Below, in pieces: positions 35,497 to 43,760 of a stretch of DNA of 64,000 bases. A program made the translations under genes and the position numbers. A model generated the notes under the pieces. It searched no databases and had not been told where the DNA came from. It saw nothing but the letters and a program-made list of their open reading frames with translations. Source of the stretch: Candidatus Gallimonas intestinalis (GTDB lineage: Bacteria; Bacillota; Clostridia; Christensenellales; Borkfalkiaceae); NCBI GenBank assembly GCA_904394655.1, contig CAJFNL010000003.1, positions 8,082-72,081 of the forward strand, in the 5' to 3' direction. Numbering within the stretch: the stretch's first letter is position 1; each line of letters starts with the position of its first letter.

Positions 35497-35652
35497 ATTA
35501 GCTGCCTTCCATGTGTATTTTGATCGCCGTGCCCTTTCGCACGGCATGCATTCGGGAATGCGCGGCAGGAAAAGAAAATCTTGTCCTAAAAAACCCCGTC
35601 CTTTCGCCTGTCTTTGGCGGCCCTCAGCAACGCCCCCGCGCTCTTAACAATC

Positions 35653-36963
35653 TTAAAGAACGTACTTCTTCAAATCCCTGTCTTTGGTGATCTTTGCGAG
35701 GTGTTCCTCGACATACTTTCTGTCGATCTCCACCGTGACGAGGGGATAATTGCCGCCGCCCGCGTTGAAGGAGATGTCCTCGAGCAAAAATTCCATGACG
35801 GTATGCAGTCTGCGCGCACCGATGTCCTCGCTCGTGAGGTTGATCTCCTCGGAGATCTCCGCGATCGCCTCGATGGCGTCGGGCGTGAACTTGAGATCGA
35901 CGTTATCCACCGCGAGCAGCATCGCATACTGCTGCGTGATGGAATGCTCGGTATTGGTGAGAATGTTGATAAAGTCCTCTTTGGTCAGACTGGTGAGCTC
36001 CACCGAGACGGGGAAACGTCCCTGAAGCTCGGGGATGAGATCCTCCACGCGTGCGACGTGGAACGCGCCTGCCGCAATGAAGAGCATATAGTCCGTTTTG
36101 ACGGCGCCGTACTTGGTCATGACGGTGCTGCCCTCGACGATGGGCAGGATGTCGCGCTGGACGCCCTCGCGCGAGACGTCCGCCCCGCCCGTGTTGCCCT
36201 TTGCGGCGATCTTGTCGATCTCGTCGATGAAGATGATACCGTCGTTCTCTGCGCGGCGCAGCGCCTCGTCCGTCACGGCGTCGTCGTCGATGAGTTTTTC
36301 CGCTTCCTCGGCAATGAACAGCTTCATCGCCTCGCTCACGGTCAGTTTGCGCTTCTTTTTCTTCTGGGGGAGCATTTCCCCGAAGATGGAACCGAGATTG
36401 ATCGCCGCGCCGCCCGGAACAAGTTCCATGTTCTTGGGCTCGTCGCGCACCTCTGTTTCGATGACCATCTTATCGAACGTCCCCTTGCGCAGGGACTCCA
36501 AAAGGTTTTGTTCGAACACCTCGCGCGCGGTCTCGCCGCGGTCTGCTTTCTTCGCCTCCGCAAGAATTTTGACCATCTTCTTCTCGGCGGTTTCGGTCGC
36601 TTTGACGGAAACTTCGGCAGTTTTCTCGTCCTTGACGAGGCGCACGGCACACTCCACAAGATCGCGCACCATGCCTTCGACGTCCTTACCGACATACCCG
36701 ACTTCGGTGTACTTGGTCGCTTCAACCTTGATGAAAGGCGCCTTGACCAGCTTTGCAAGGCGGCGTGCGATCTCGGTTTTACCGACACCCGTGGGCCCCT
36801 TCATGATGATATTCTTGGGGGTGATTTCGTCGCGCACCTCCTTGGAGAGCTGTGCGCGGCGGTAACGGTTGCGCAGGGCGATGGCGACCGCCTTCTTTGC
36901 CTCGTCCTGACCGATGATGTGTTTATTGAGTTCGTTTACGATCTGTTTGGGTGAAAGATCCAT
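35653..36963 (-). CDS. hslU: ATP-dependent protease ATPase subunit HslU
   Basis: 436 aa. Walker [18 protein letters not shown] and Walker B IIFIDEIDKI. Confidence 0.95.
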   Translation of the reverse strand: MDLSPKQIVNELNKHIIGQDEAKKAVAIALRNRYRRAQLSKEVRDEITPKNIIMKGPTGVGKTEIARRLAKLVKAPFIKVEATKYTEVGYVGKDVEGMVRDLVECAVRLVKDEKTAEVSVKATETAEKKMVKILAEAKKADRGETAREVFEQNLLESLRKGTFDKMVIETEVRDEPKNMELVPGGAAINLGSIFGEMLPQKKKKRKLTVSEAMKLFIAEEAEKLIDDDAVTDEALRRAENDGIIFIDEIDKIAAKGNTGGADVSREGVQRDILPIVEGSTVMTKYGAVKTDYMLFIAAGAFHVARVEDLIPELQGRFPVSVELTSLTKEDFINILTNTEHSITQQYAMLLAVDNVDLKFTPDAIEAIAEISEEINLTSEDIGARRLHTVMEFLLEDISFNAGGGNYPLVTVEIDRKYVEEHLAKITKDRDLKKYVL

Positions 36964-36992
36964 CTGTCAGCTCCTTGTTCAAAAATTTTCTC

Positions 36993-37526
36993 TCAGATCG
37001 TCTCGCAGATGATGTGATCGTTGGTGAACACACAGATCTCGGATGCGATCTTGAGCGCCTTTCTGGCGATCTCCTCGGCAGAGAAATCGGTGTTCTGAGC
37101 GAGTGCGCGCGCCGCTGCAAGGGCATAGTTTCCGCCCGAGCCGATCGCGCAGATGCCCTCATCGGGTTCGATGACTTCGCCCGTGCCCGAGAGGATGAGA
37201 AGCGTATCCTTGTCGGCGGTGATCATCATCGCCTCGAGCTTTCTGCCCATTTTATCGCTGCGCCAGAGCTCGGCAAGCTCCACCGCGGAGCGCATGAGGT
37301 TGCCCGCAAACTTGTTGAGCATTCCCTCGAAACGCTCGGAGAGCGCAAAGGCGTCCGTCACCGAGCCCGCAAAGCCCAGAATGACCTTGCCGCCGTAAAT
37401 GCGGCGCACCTTGATCGCCGTGTTTTTGAAGATGACCGATTCACCCATCGTAACCTGTCCGTCGCCCGCAATCGCGGTAACGCCGTCCTTTTTGACGGCA
37501 CAGATGGTGGTACCGTGAAATTCCAT
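36993..37526 (-). CDS. hslV: ATP-dependent protease subunit HslV
   Basis: 177 aa. N-terminal [13 protein letters not shown] (catalytic Thr) and [14 protein letters not shown]. Confidence 0.95.
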   Translation of the reverse strand: MEFHGTTICAVKKDGVTAIAGDGQVTMGESVIFKNTAIKVRRIYGGKVILGFAGSVTDAFALSERFEGMLNKFAGNLMRSAVELAELWRSDKMGRKLEAMMITADKDTLLILSGTGEVIEPDEGICAIGSGGNYALAAARALAQNTDFSAEEIARKALKIASEICVFTNDHIICETI

Positions 37527-37538
37527 ATCCGTTCCTCC

Positions 37539-38825
37539 TTACTCGCAAAGCTGTGCTCGGATGCGGTCAATTTCCGCAAGCGCGCGCTCTGCCATCAGTT
37601 TCTTTTTTTGTTTTTTATCTTTGACATCCATGCCGCGTAAAATCCCGTAGTTGGCATTCATCGGCTGGAAATGTGCGTTCTCAGCCGCAATATAGCGCGC
37701 AAGCGCACCGCAAACGCAGGTATCCTCGGGCACGATGCTCTCTTTTCCCTGCATACGCCTCAGGCGGTTGATCGCCGCAAGCATGCCGCTCGCCGCGCTC
37801 TCGACATACCCTTCAACGCCCGTCATCTGTCCCGCAAAAAAGAGGTTTTTATTGTCTTTTGCTGAAAAATCATGGTTTAAAACGTGCGGAGAATCGAGGA
37901 ACGTGTTGCGGTGCATGACGCCGTAGCGCACGAACTCCGCGTTCCGAAGGGCGGGAATGAGCGAAAACACCCGTTTCTGCTCTCCGAACTTGAGATTGGT
38001 CTGACAGCCCACAAGCCCCAAAAGCGTGCCTTCCTCGTTTTCGCGCCGAAGCTGAAGAACGGCATACGGCCGCTTTCCGTCCTCATCCTCCAATCCGACG
38101 GGTTTGAAGGTCCCAAACCGCAGGGAATCCTTCCCGCGCGACGCCATCACTTCGACGGGCATGCACCCCTCGAAGATCTCCCGCTTTTCAAAGTCGCGCA
38201 ATGTCACCTTTTCCGCCGAGAGGAGCTCTCTTACGAACGTCTCATACTCCTCTTTATTCATGGGACAGTTCACATAGTCCCCCGTTCCCCTGCCGTAGCG
38301 GTCGGCAGTGAACGCCGCAGCCATATCCACGCTCTCCGCGGTGACGACGGGCGCCGTCGCATCGTAAAAATGCAGTCCGCCGCCGAACCGCGCCGCGATC
38401 GCTTCATAGAGGGCGCCGTCCGTGAGCGGGCCCGTTGCCACGATCCCCGACTCGGGAAGCGAGTCTGCCTCGCGGCAAGTGATATGAATTTTCGGATGTG
38501 TACGCAGTTTTTCCGTAACGTATGCGGAAAAACGCTCCCTGTCCACAGCAAGCGCACCGCCCGCAGGCACGCGCGTCGCCGCTGCCGCCTCCATTGTCAA
38601 AGAGCCGAGGCGGCGCATCTCTTCTTTCAAAAGTCCGCAGGCGTTGCCGAAAACATCGTCGCTCTTTAAGGAGTTGGAGCAGACAAGTTCGCAGAAATCA
38701 TTGCTCATATGGGCGGGCGAACGACGCACGGGCTTTTGCTCGACGAGTTCCACATCCGCTCCGTTTTGGGCAAGATACCAAGCCGCCTCGCTGCCCGCAA
38801 GGCCTGCGCCGATGACCGTGATCAT
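37539..38825 (-). CDS. trmFO: methylenetetrahydrofolate--tRNA-(uracil-5-)-methyltransferase TrmFO
   Basis: Start moved to MITVIGAGLAGSEAAWYLA (FAD fold). ATGA overlap with the topA stop. Confidence 0.9.
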   Translation of the reverse strand: MITVIGAGLAGSEAAWYLAQNGADVELVEQKPVRRSPAHMSNDFCELVCSNSLKSDDVFGNACGLLKEEMRRLGSLTMEAAAATRVPAGGALAVDRERFSAYVTEKLRTHPKIHITCREADSLPESGIVATGPLTDGALYEAIAARFGGGLHFYDATAPVVTAESVDMAAAFTADRYGRGTGDYVNCPMNKEEYETFVRELLSAEKVTLRDFEKREIFEGCMPVEVMASRGKDSLRFGTFKPVGLEDEDGKRPYAVLQLRRENEEGTLLGLVGCQTNLKFGEQKRVFSLIPALRNAEFVRYGVMHRNTFLDSPHVLNHDFSAKDNKNLFFAGQMTGVEGYVESAASGMLAAINRLRRMQGKESIVPEDTCVCGALARYIAAENAHFQPMNANYGILRGMDVKDKKQKKKLMAERALAEIDRIRAQLCE

Positions 38826-41071
38826 GCCTGTTGGGAATTGCCGGGCTCGGCGGGTTTGTCCGTCTTCTCGGGCTTGGGCGGACGCACGCGGTAGGAGCAT
38901 TCCTTGTTGGAACAGCGGATGGTGCCGCGCGCTGTCTTGACGAGCGCGCTCCCGCACTGCGGGCATTTTTCGCCCGTGGGCTCATCCCAGCTCTTGAAGT
39001 CGCAGGCAGGATATCCCGTACAGCCGTAGTAGAACTTCCCCGTCTTGGTGCGCAGTTTCTTGGTGGGCTTGCCGCAGACGGGACATTTGCCCTCAAGAAC
39101 GCCTTCCGCGACCTTTTCGCCGTAGGGAAGCGTGGATTTACAGGTGGGATAGTTGGGGCAGGCGAGGAATTTTCCGTATCTGCCGCTCTTGACGACCATC
39201 ATCGCGCCGCACTTGGGGCAGGGCGTCGTGGAGACTTCCGTCTCCCCTTCGCTGATGATGTTCGAGCAGGCGGGGTAGTTGGAACAGGCAAGATAGGTGC
39301 CGTATTTGCCCGTCTTTCTGACCATGGGCGAGCCGCACTTGGAGCACAGCACTTCCGTCACTTCATCGCCGTCCGTCTTGGCAAAGCGCAGGCGCTTTTC
39401 AAAGGGCGGATAGAAGTCGGCGATGACGGCGTGCCAGTCCTTGCCGCCGTCCTCGATGGCGTCCAGCTTGGTCTCCATGTCTGCCGTGAAACCGACGTCC
39501 ATGACGTCGGGGAAATATTTGACCAGCATATCCGTGATGCGGTAAGCGACTTCGGTGGGCTTCATATACTTGCCCTCTTTTTCCACATACTTGCGCTTAC
39601 CCAGAACGGAGATAATCGTCGCATAGGTGGAGGGACGGCCGATGCCCTTGTCCTCCATCGCCTTGACGAGGGACGCGTCCGTGTAACGCACAGGCGGTTT
39701 GGTGAATTTCTGCTCGGGCTTGAGGCCGAGGCAGTCAAGAAGGTGTCCCTCCTCAACGGGCGGGAGAAGTCCTTTTCCGCCCTCTTCATCGCCCTCGGCG
39801 GGCTTGCTGTCCTGCCAGACTGCCGTATAGCCCGCAAACTTGAGCGCCTTGCCGCTCGCCTTCAGAGTATAGTCGCCGTTTGCGATCTCCACCTGCATGG
39901 AATCGTACAGCGCTTCCGTCATCTGCGATGCGATAAAACGCTCATAGATGAGTTTGTAGACGTTGTAGTGCTTGCGGTCGAGCAGTTTTTTCACCGACTC
40001 GGGTGTGCGGGCAAGATCGATGGGACGGATCGCCTCATGCGCGTCCTGCGCGCCCTTCTTGGAAGCGTAGTAATTGGGCTTTTCGGGGAGGTATTCCTTG
40101 CCGTAATTATTTTCGATATATTGCCGTGCCGCCGCCTGTGCGTCCGTCGAGACGCGGGTGGAGTCGGTACGGATATAGGTGACGAACGCCAGATGTCCCA
40201 TGCCTTCCACGTCGATACCTTCATAGAGGTGCTGCGCCATGAGCATGGTCTCGGGTGCGGTCATGCCGAGCTTGTTGGAAGCGTCCTGCTGCAAAGTACT
40301 TGTGGTGAAAGGCGCGGGCGCGTGCGACTTCGTCACACTGCGCTTGACGCTCGCCACTTCATATTTTCCCGCATTCAGCGCGGCAAGCGCGGCATCCGCC
40401 TCTTCGCGGCTCCCGATCTTGCACTTCTTGCCCTTGTACTTTTCCAGCGCCGCCTTGAAGGGGGAATATTTTTTGTCCGTATCCTGCAATTCGGCAGTGA
40501 TCGTCCAGTATTCTTCGGGGACAAATGCCTGGATCTCGCGTTCGCGTTCGACGACAAGGCGGAGCGCAACCGACTGCACGCGTCCTGCGGAGAGCCCGTT
40601 GCCGATCTTATCGTTGAGAAGCGGCGAGAGTTTATAGCCGACAAGTCGGTCAAGGACACGGCGCGCCTGCTGTGCGTCCACCAGGTTATAGTCGATGGTG
40701 CGCGGGCAGGTGAGCGCATGCTCCACCGCCTTGGGAGAAATTTCGTTGAATTCGATGCGGTTTTTGCCTTCGGCGGGAAGCCCCAAAACCGACTGCAGAT
40801 GCCAGCTGATCGCCTCGCCTTCACGGTCGGGGTCGGTTGCGAGGTAAACTTTGTCCGCGCGCTTTGCTTCCTCGGTGAGGCGCTTGATGACTGCCTCCTT
40901 GCCGGGGGAGTTGACATAGCGCGGTTCATAGTTTTTATCCGTTGCGACGCCGAGCTGTTTCTGCGGCAGATCGCGGATGTGCCCGCCAGAGGCGTCCACC
41001 TGATATTTCCCCTTCAGATAGCGGGAGATGGTCTTCGCCTTGCTGGGCGACTCAACGATGATAAGGTCCAT
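38822..41071 (-). CDS. topA: type I DNA topoisomerase
   Basis: 749 aa. TOPRIM DLIIVESPSKAKTI, active-site Tyr region FVTYIRTDSTRVS, and four C-terminal CxxC zinc ribbons. Confidence 0.95.
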   Translation of the reverse strand: MDLIIVESPSKAKTISRYLKGKYQVDASGGHIRDLPQKQLGVATDKNYEPRYVNSPGKEAVIKRLTEEAKRADKVYLATDPDREGEAISWHLQSVLGLPAEGKNRIEFNEISPKAVEHALTCPRTIDYNLVDAQQARRVLDRLVGYKLSPLLNDKIGNGLSAGRVQSVALRLVVEREREIQAFVPEEYWTITAELQDTDKKYSPFKAALEKYKGKKCKIGSREEADAALAALNAGKYEVASVKRSVTKSHAPAPFTTSTLQQDASNKLGMTAPETMLMAQHLYEGIDVEGMGHLAFVTYIRTDSTRVSTDAQAAARQYIENNYGKEYLPEKPNYYASKKGAQDAHEAIRPIDLARTPESVKKLLDRKHYNVYKLIYERFIASQMTEALYDSMQVEIANGDYTLKASGKALKFAGYTAVWQDSKPAEGDEEGGKGLLPPVEEGHLLDCLGLKPEQKFTKPPVRYTDASLVKAMEDKGIGRPSTYATIISVLGKRKYVEKEGKYMKPTEVAYRITDMLVKYFPDVMDVGFTADMETKLDAIEDGGKDWHAVIADFYPPFEKRLRFAKTDGDEVTEVLCSKCGSPMVRKTGKYGTYLACSNYPACSNIISEGETEVSTTPCPKCGAMMVVKSGRYGKFLACPNYPTCKSTLPYGEKVAEGVLEGKCPVCGKPTKKLRTKTGKFYYGCTGYPACDFKSWDEPTGEKCPQCGSALVKTARGTIRCSNKECSYRVRPPKPEKTDKPAEPGNSQQA

Positions 41072-41102
41072 ATTGCTCCTTCCAGGACAAAACGTCCGTC
41101 AT

Positions 41103-42182
41103 TCATTTTTTGAGGGCGGTATACACATTCCCGCCTGCACGTGCGGCAAGCCCCTTGATTTCCAGAGAGGCGAGCGTTGCCTGCGCCTCCCAGACGGGAA
41201 CGCCCGCTTTTGCCGCGAGCGCTGCCGCATGTCCTTCACCCGCCGCAGAGAGCACGGCGAAAAGTTTTTGTTCCTCTTTTGTAAGTGCGGGAGCGGCGTG
41301 AGCGGTTCGCTCCATGCCGAACATTTCAAAGATGTCGCCCGCATCCGTACACAGGTATGCTCCCTGTTTGATGAGCCCGTTACAGCCCGCGCCCTGCGCC
41401 GCGCCTGCATTGTGCGGAAGCGCAAACACATCGCGTCCGTAGGCAAGCGCTCTCTCGGCGGTGATGAGCGAGCCGCTCTTCTGTCCTGCCGCGAGCACAA
41501 GCACGCCCTCCGAAAGCCCCGCAAGAATGCGGTTGCGCGCATGAAAGGCGCTCTTCTGAACGCGCGTGCCCATGGGATACTCACTGACAAGCAGCGCTCT
41601 TTTGACGATTTCGCGCTTTAAGGCGGCATGCACGGCGGGATAATCCACATCCAGCCCGCACGGAAGCACGCTGATCAGATTTCCCGAAGAAAGCGCGCCG
41701 TCGATCGCGGCACGGTCGCCGCCCTCGGCAATGCCCGTCACGATGACGAACCGCGAAGAAAGTTCCGCGGCGATCGCCTTGCCCGTCTTTGCCGCCCATG
41801 CAGGCAGAAGCCTTGACCCGACAATGCAGAACTTGCGCGCCGAGAAAAGTTCGCGCCTGCCAATACAAAAGAGCGCAATCGGCGGATCGGGAATGGCGCG
41901 GAGCGCTTCGGGATAGTCGGCGCTTGCGGGAGTAACTGCGAAACAATGTTTTTCGGAAAGACGTGCAAGATACTGCTCCGCCTCCCGCTCGGGCGGCGTG
42001 CGGTCAGTATTATATACCCCGTCCGCGCCCGTTTGTATCACTGCCGCGCAAATTTTTTTGAGTTCGGAAAACGGAAGCCCCTGCGCACATGTCCGCGCAA
42101 CGGCGCTGCGCGCCCGATCGTCGAGTTTTGCACAGGCGGCAAGCCAGACAAAGAGCAGTTCTTCCTGCGTATAATCGTTCAT
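41103..42182 (-). CDS. dprA: DNA-processing protein DprA
   Basis: 359 aa. Rossmann-like core FCIVGSRLLPAWAAKTGKAIAAELSSRFVIVTGIAEGGDRAAIDGAL and a C-terminal winged-helix. Confidence 0.9.
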   Translation of the reverse strand: MNDYTQEELLFVWLAACAKLDDRARSAVARTCAQGLPFSELKKICAAVIQTGADGVYNTDRTPPEREAEQYLARLSEKHCFAVTPASADYPEALRAIPDPPIALFCIGRRELFSARKFCIVGSRLLPAWAAKTGKAIAAELSSRFVIVTGIAEGGDRAAIDGALSSGNLISVLPCGLDVDYPAVHAALKREIVKRALLVSEYPMGTRVQKSAFHARNRILAGLSEGVLVLAAGQKSGSLITAERALAYGRDVFALPHNAGAAQGAGCNGLIKQGAYLCTDAGDIFEMFGMERTAHAAPALTKEEQKLFAVLSAAGEGHAAALAAKAGVPVWEAQATLASLEIKGLAARAGGNVYTALKK

Positions 42183-42185
42183 TGG

Positions 42186-43709
42186 TTATTCGAGATGATC
42201 CCCGAGGCGATAGGACACCGCCTCGTATACATGCGCGGGCAGAATTTCTTCGCTCGCGGCAAGATCTGCAATGGTGCGCGCCACTTTGAGAATGCGCGAG
42301 CGCGCCCGTGCGGAAAGTCTGAGCCGTTCAAATGCAGACCGCAAAATGCTTTCCCCCTCCGCGCTCAGTCGGCAGCAGGCGGAAATCTCACGCTCCCCCA
42401 TCTCTGCATTGGTGCGGATCCCGCGCTCCTCGAAGCGGAAGCGCTGAATCTTGCGCGCCACATTCACCCGTTCGCGCACGGCGGCACTGTCCTCCTGAAC
42501 CTCGTCCGACGCGAGCGCTTCATAGGGAACATTGTCCACTTCCACCTGAATGTCAATACGATCGAGAAGCGGGCCCGAGATCTTTCGGCGATAGCGTCTG
42601 ATCTCGGCAGGCGAGCAGGTACATACTTTGTCCGCAGAGCCATAGTTGCCGCACGGACAGGGGTTCATGCTCGCACAGAGCATGAACCGCGCGGGAAAGG
42701 CAAACGTTCCGCCCGCACGAGAGACGGTGATCTTTCCGTCCTCGAGGGGCTGTCGCAGCGCCTCCAGCGTGGAACGAGTGTACTCGGGCAACTCGTCCAG
42801 AAATAACACGCCGCCATGGGCAAGCGAAATTTCCCCCGGACGGATGACGCGGTTTCCGCCGCCGCACATGGCAACGGTCGTCGCCGTGTGATGCGGGGTA
42901 CGGAAGGGACGTTCGGAGACGATTCCCTCCTCCCCCAGCACGCCTGCGACCGAATGGATCTTGGTGATCTCGAGCGCCTCTTCAAAAGAGAGCACGGGCA
43001 TGACGGTCGGAATACACCTTGCGAGCATGGTCTTGCCCGTACCGGGCGGCCCCACCATGAGCAGGTTATGTCCGCCCGCGACGGCGATCTCCAGCGCACG
43101 GCGCGCGACAGGCTGACCCTTGACGTACTTTAAATCGACGCTTCGCTCGGTCTGTGCGTGCGGGACAAACGTTTGGGGCGCAAGAGGCATGATATCCTCC
43201 GCGCCCAGCAAAAAGCGTACCGCCTCCGCAAGGGAGGAAACGGGATAGATCTGCGCGCCCGCAAGATATGCCGCTTCTTTGGCGTTCCCCGCAGGAACGA
43301 CAAAACGCGTATATCCGTGCGCTTTGGCAGAGATGAGAATGGGCAAAAGCCCCGCAATGGGACGCACCGCACCGTCGAGTGCGAGCTCCCCGAGAAATAC
43401 AATGTCCTTTGTATCGGCACCGACGAGCTGTTCACTCGCCTTCAGAAGGCTGATCGCTACGGCAAGATCGAACGCCGCACCTTCCTTTCGGATATCGGCG
43501 GGCGCAAAATTGACGGTCACCTTTCCCACAGGAAAACGGAAACTGCTGTTTTTGACGGCGGAGCGAACGCGCTCCTTGGATTCCTTGACCGCCGCATCGG
43601 GCAGTCCGACCATTTCAAAGCCCGGAAGCCCCCTTGCAACGTCCGTCTCCACTTCCACGGGCACGCCCTCCAATCCCTGGAGCGCATAGCAGATGATTTT
43701 TGCGATCAT
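42186..43709 (-). CDS. comM: YifB/ComM family Mg-chelatase-like ATPase
   Basis: 507 aa. N-terminal Lon-like domain and Walker A GPPGTGKTMLARCIP. Confidence 0.9.
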   Translation of the reverse strand: MIAKIICYALQGLEGVPVEVETDVARGLPGFEMVGLPDAAVKESKERVRSAVKNSSFRFPVGKVTVNFAPADIRKEGAAFDLAVAISLLKASEQLVGADTKDIVFLGELALDGAVRPIAGLLPILISAKAHGYTRFVVPAGNAKEAAYLAGAQIYPVSSLAEAVRFLLGAEDIMPLAPQTFVPHAQTERSVDLKYVKGQPVARRALEIAVAGGHNLLMVGPPGTGKTMLARCIPTVMPVLSFEEALEITKIHSVAGVLGEEGIVSERPFRTPHHTATTVAMCGGGNRVIRPGEISLAHGGVLFLDELPEYTRSTLEALRQPLEDGKITVSRAGGTFAFPARFMLCASMNPCPCGNYGSADKVCTCSPAEIRRYRRKISGPLLDRIDIQVEVDNVPYEALASDEVQEDSAAVRERVNVARKIQRFRFEERGIRTNAEMGEREISACCRLSAEGESILRSAFERLRLSARARSRILKVARTIADLAASEEILPAHVYEAVSYRLGDHLE

Positions 43710-43760
43710 ATTCCCCTCTTTTCCTATCTGTTGCCCTGTTCGCCTGCTTCAGATATCAGC

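Noticed and set aside
35497-35652. Possible T-box riboswitch upstream of hisS, which is common for aminoacyl-tRNA synthetase genes in Firmicutes.
   Set aside because: The spacer is only ~155 nt. I found no T-box consensus (AAnnnGGGTGGTACCGCG-like), no specifier-loop architecture and no terminator/antiterminator pair. There is only a short GCCGTGC-gaaag-GGCACGGC hairpin.
38831-41113. A very long plus-strand ORF (760 aa) lies antisense to topA. Similar mirror ORFs lie opposite well-supported genes: 43158-45365 (735 aa), 35614-36954 (446 aa), 23957-25141 (394 aa), 60237-61478 (413 aa), 51495-53081 (528 aa), 49962-51128 (388 aa), 25361-26416, 17879-18994, 15645-16655 and 12230-12940.
   Set aside because: Each lies exactly opposite a gene with unmistakable family motifs. 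Their translations are low-complexity (R/G/H/D/L-rich) with no recognisable domains and no Shine-Dalgarno sequence. Stop-free antisense frames are expected when the sense strand has GC-rich third codon positions. I treated them as compositional artefacts, not overlapping genes.
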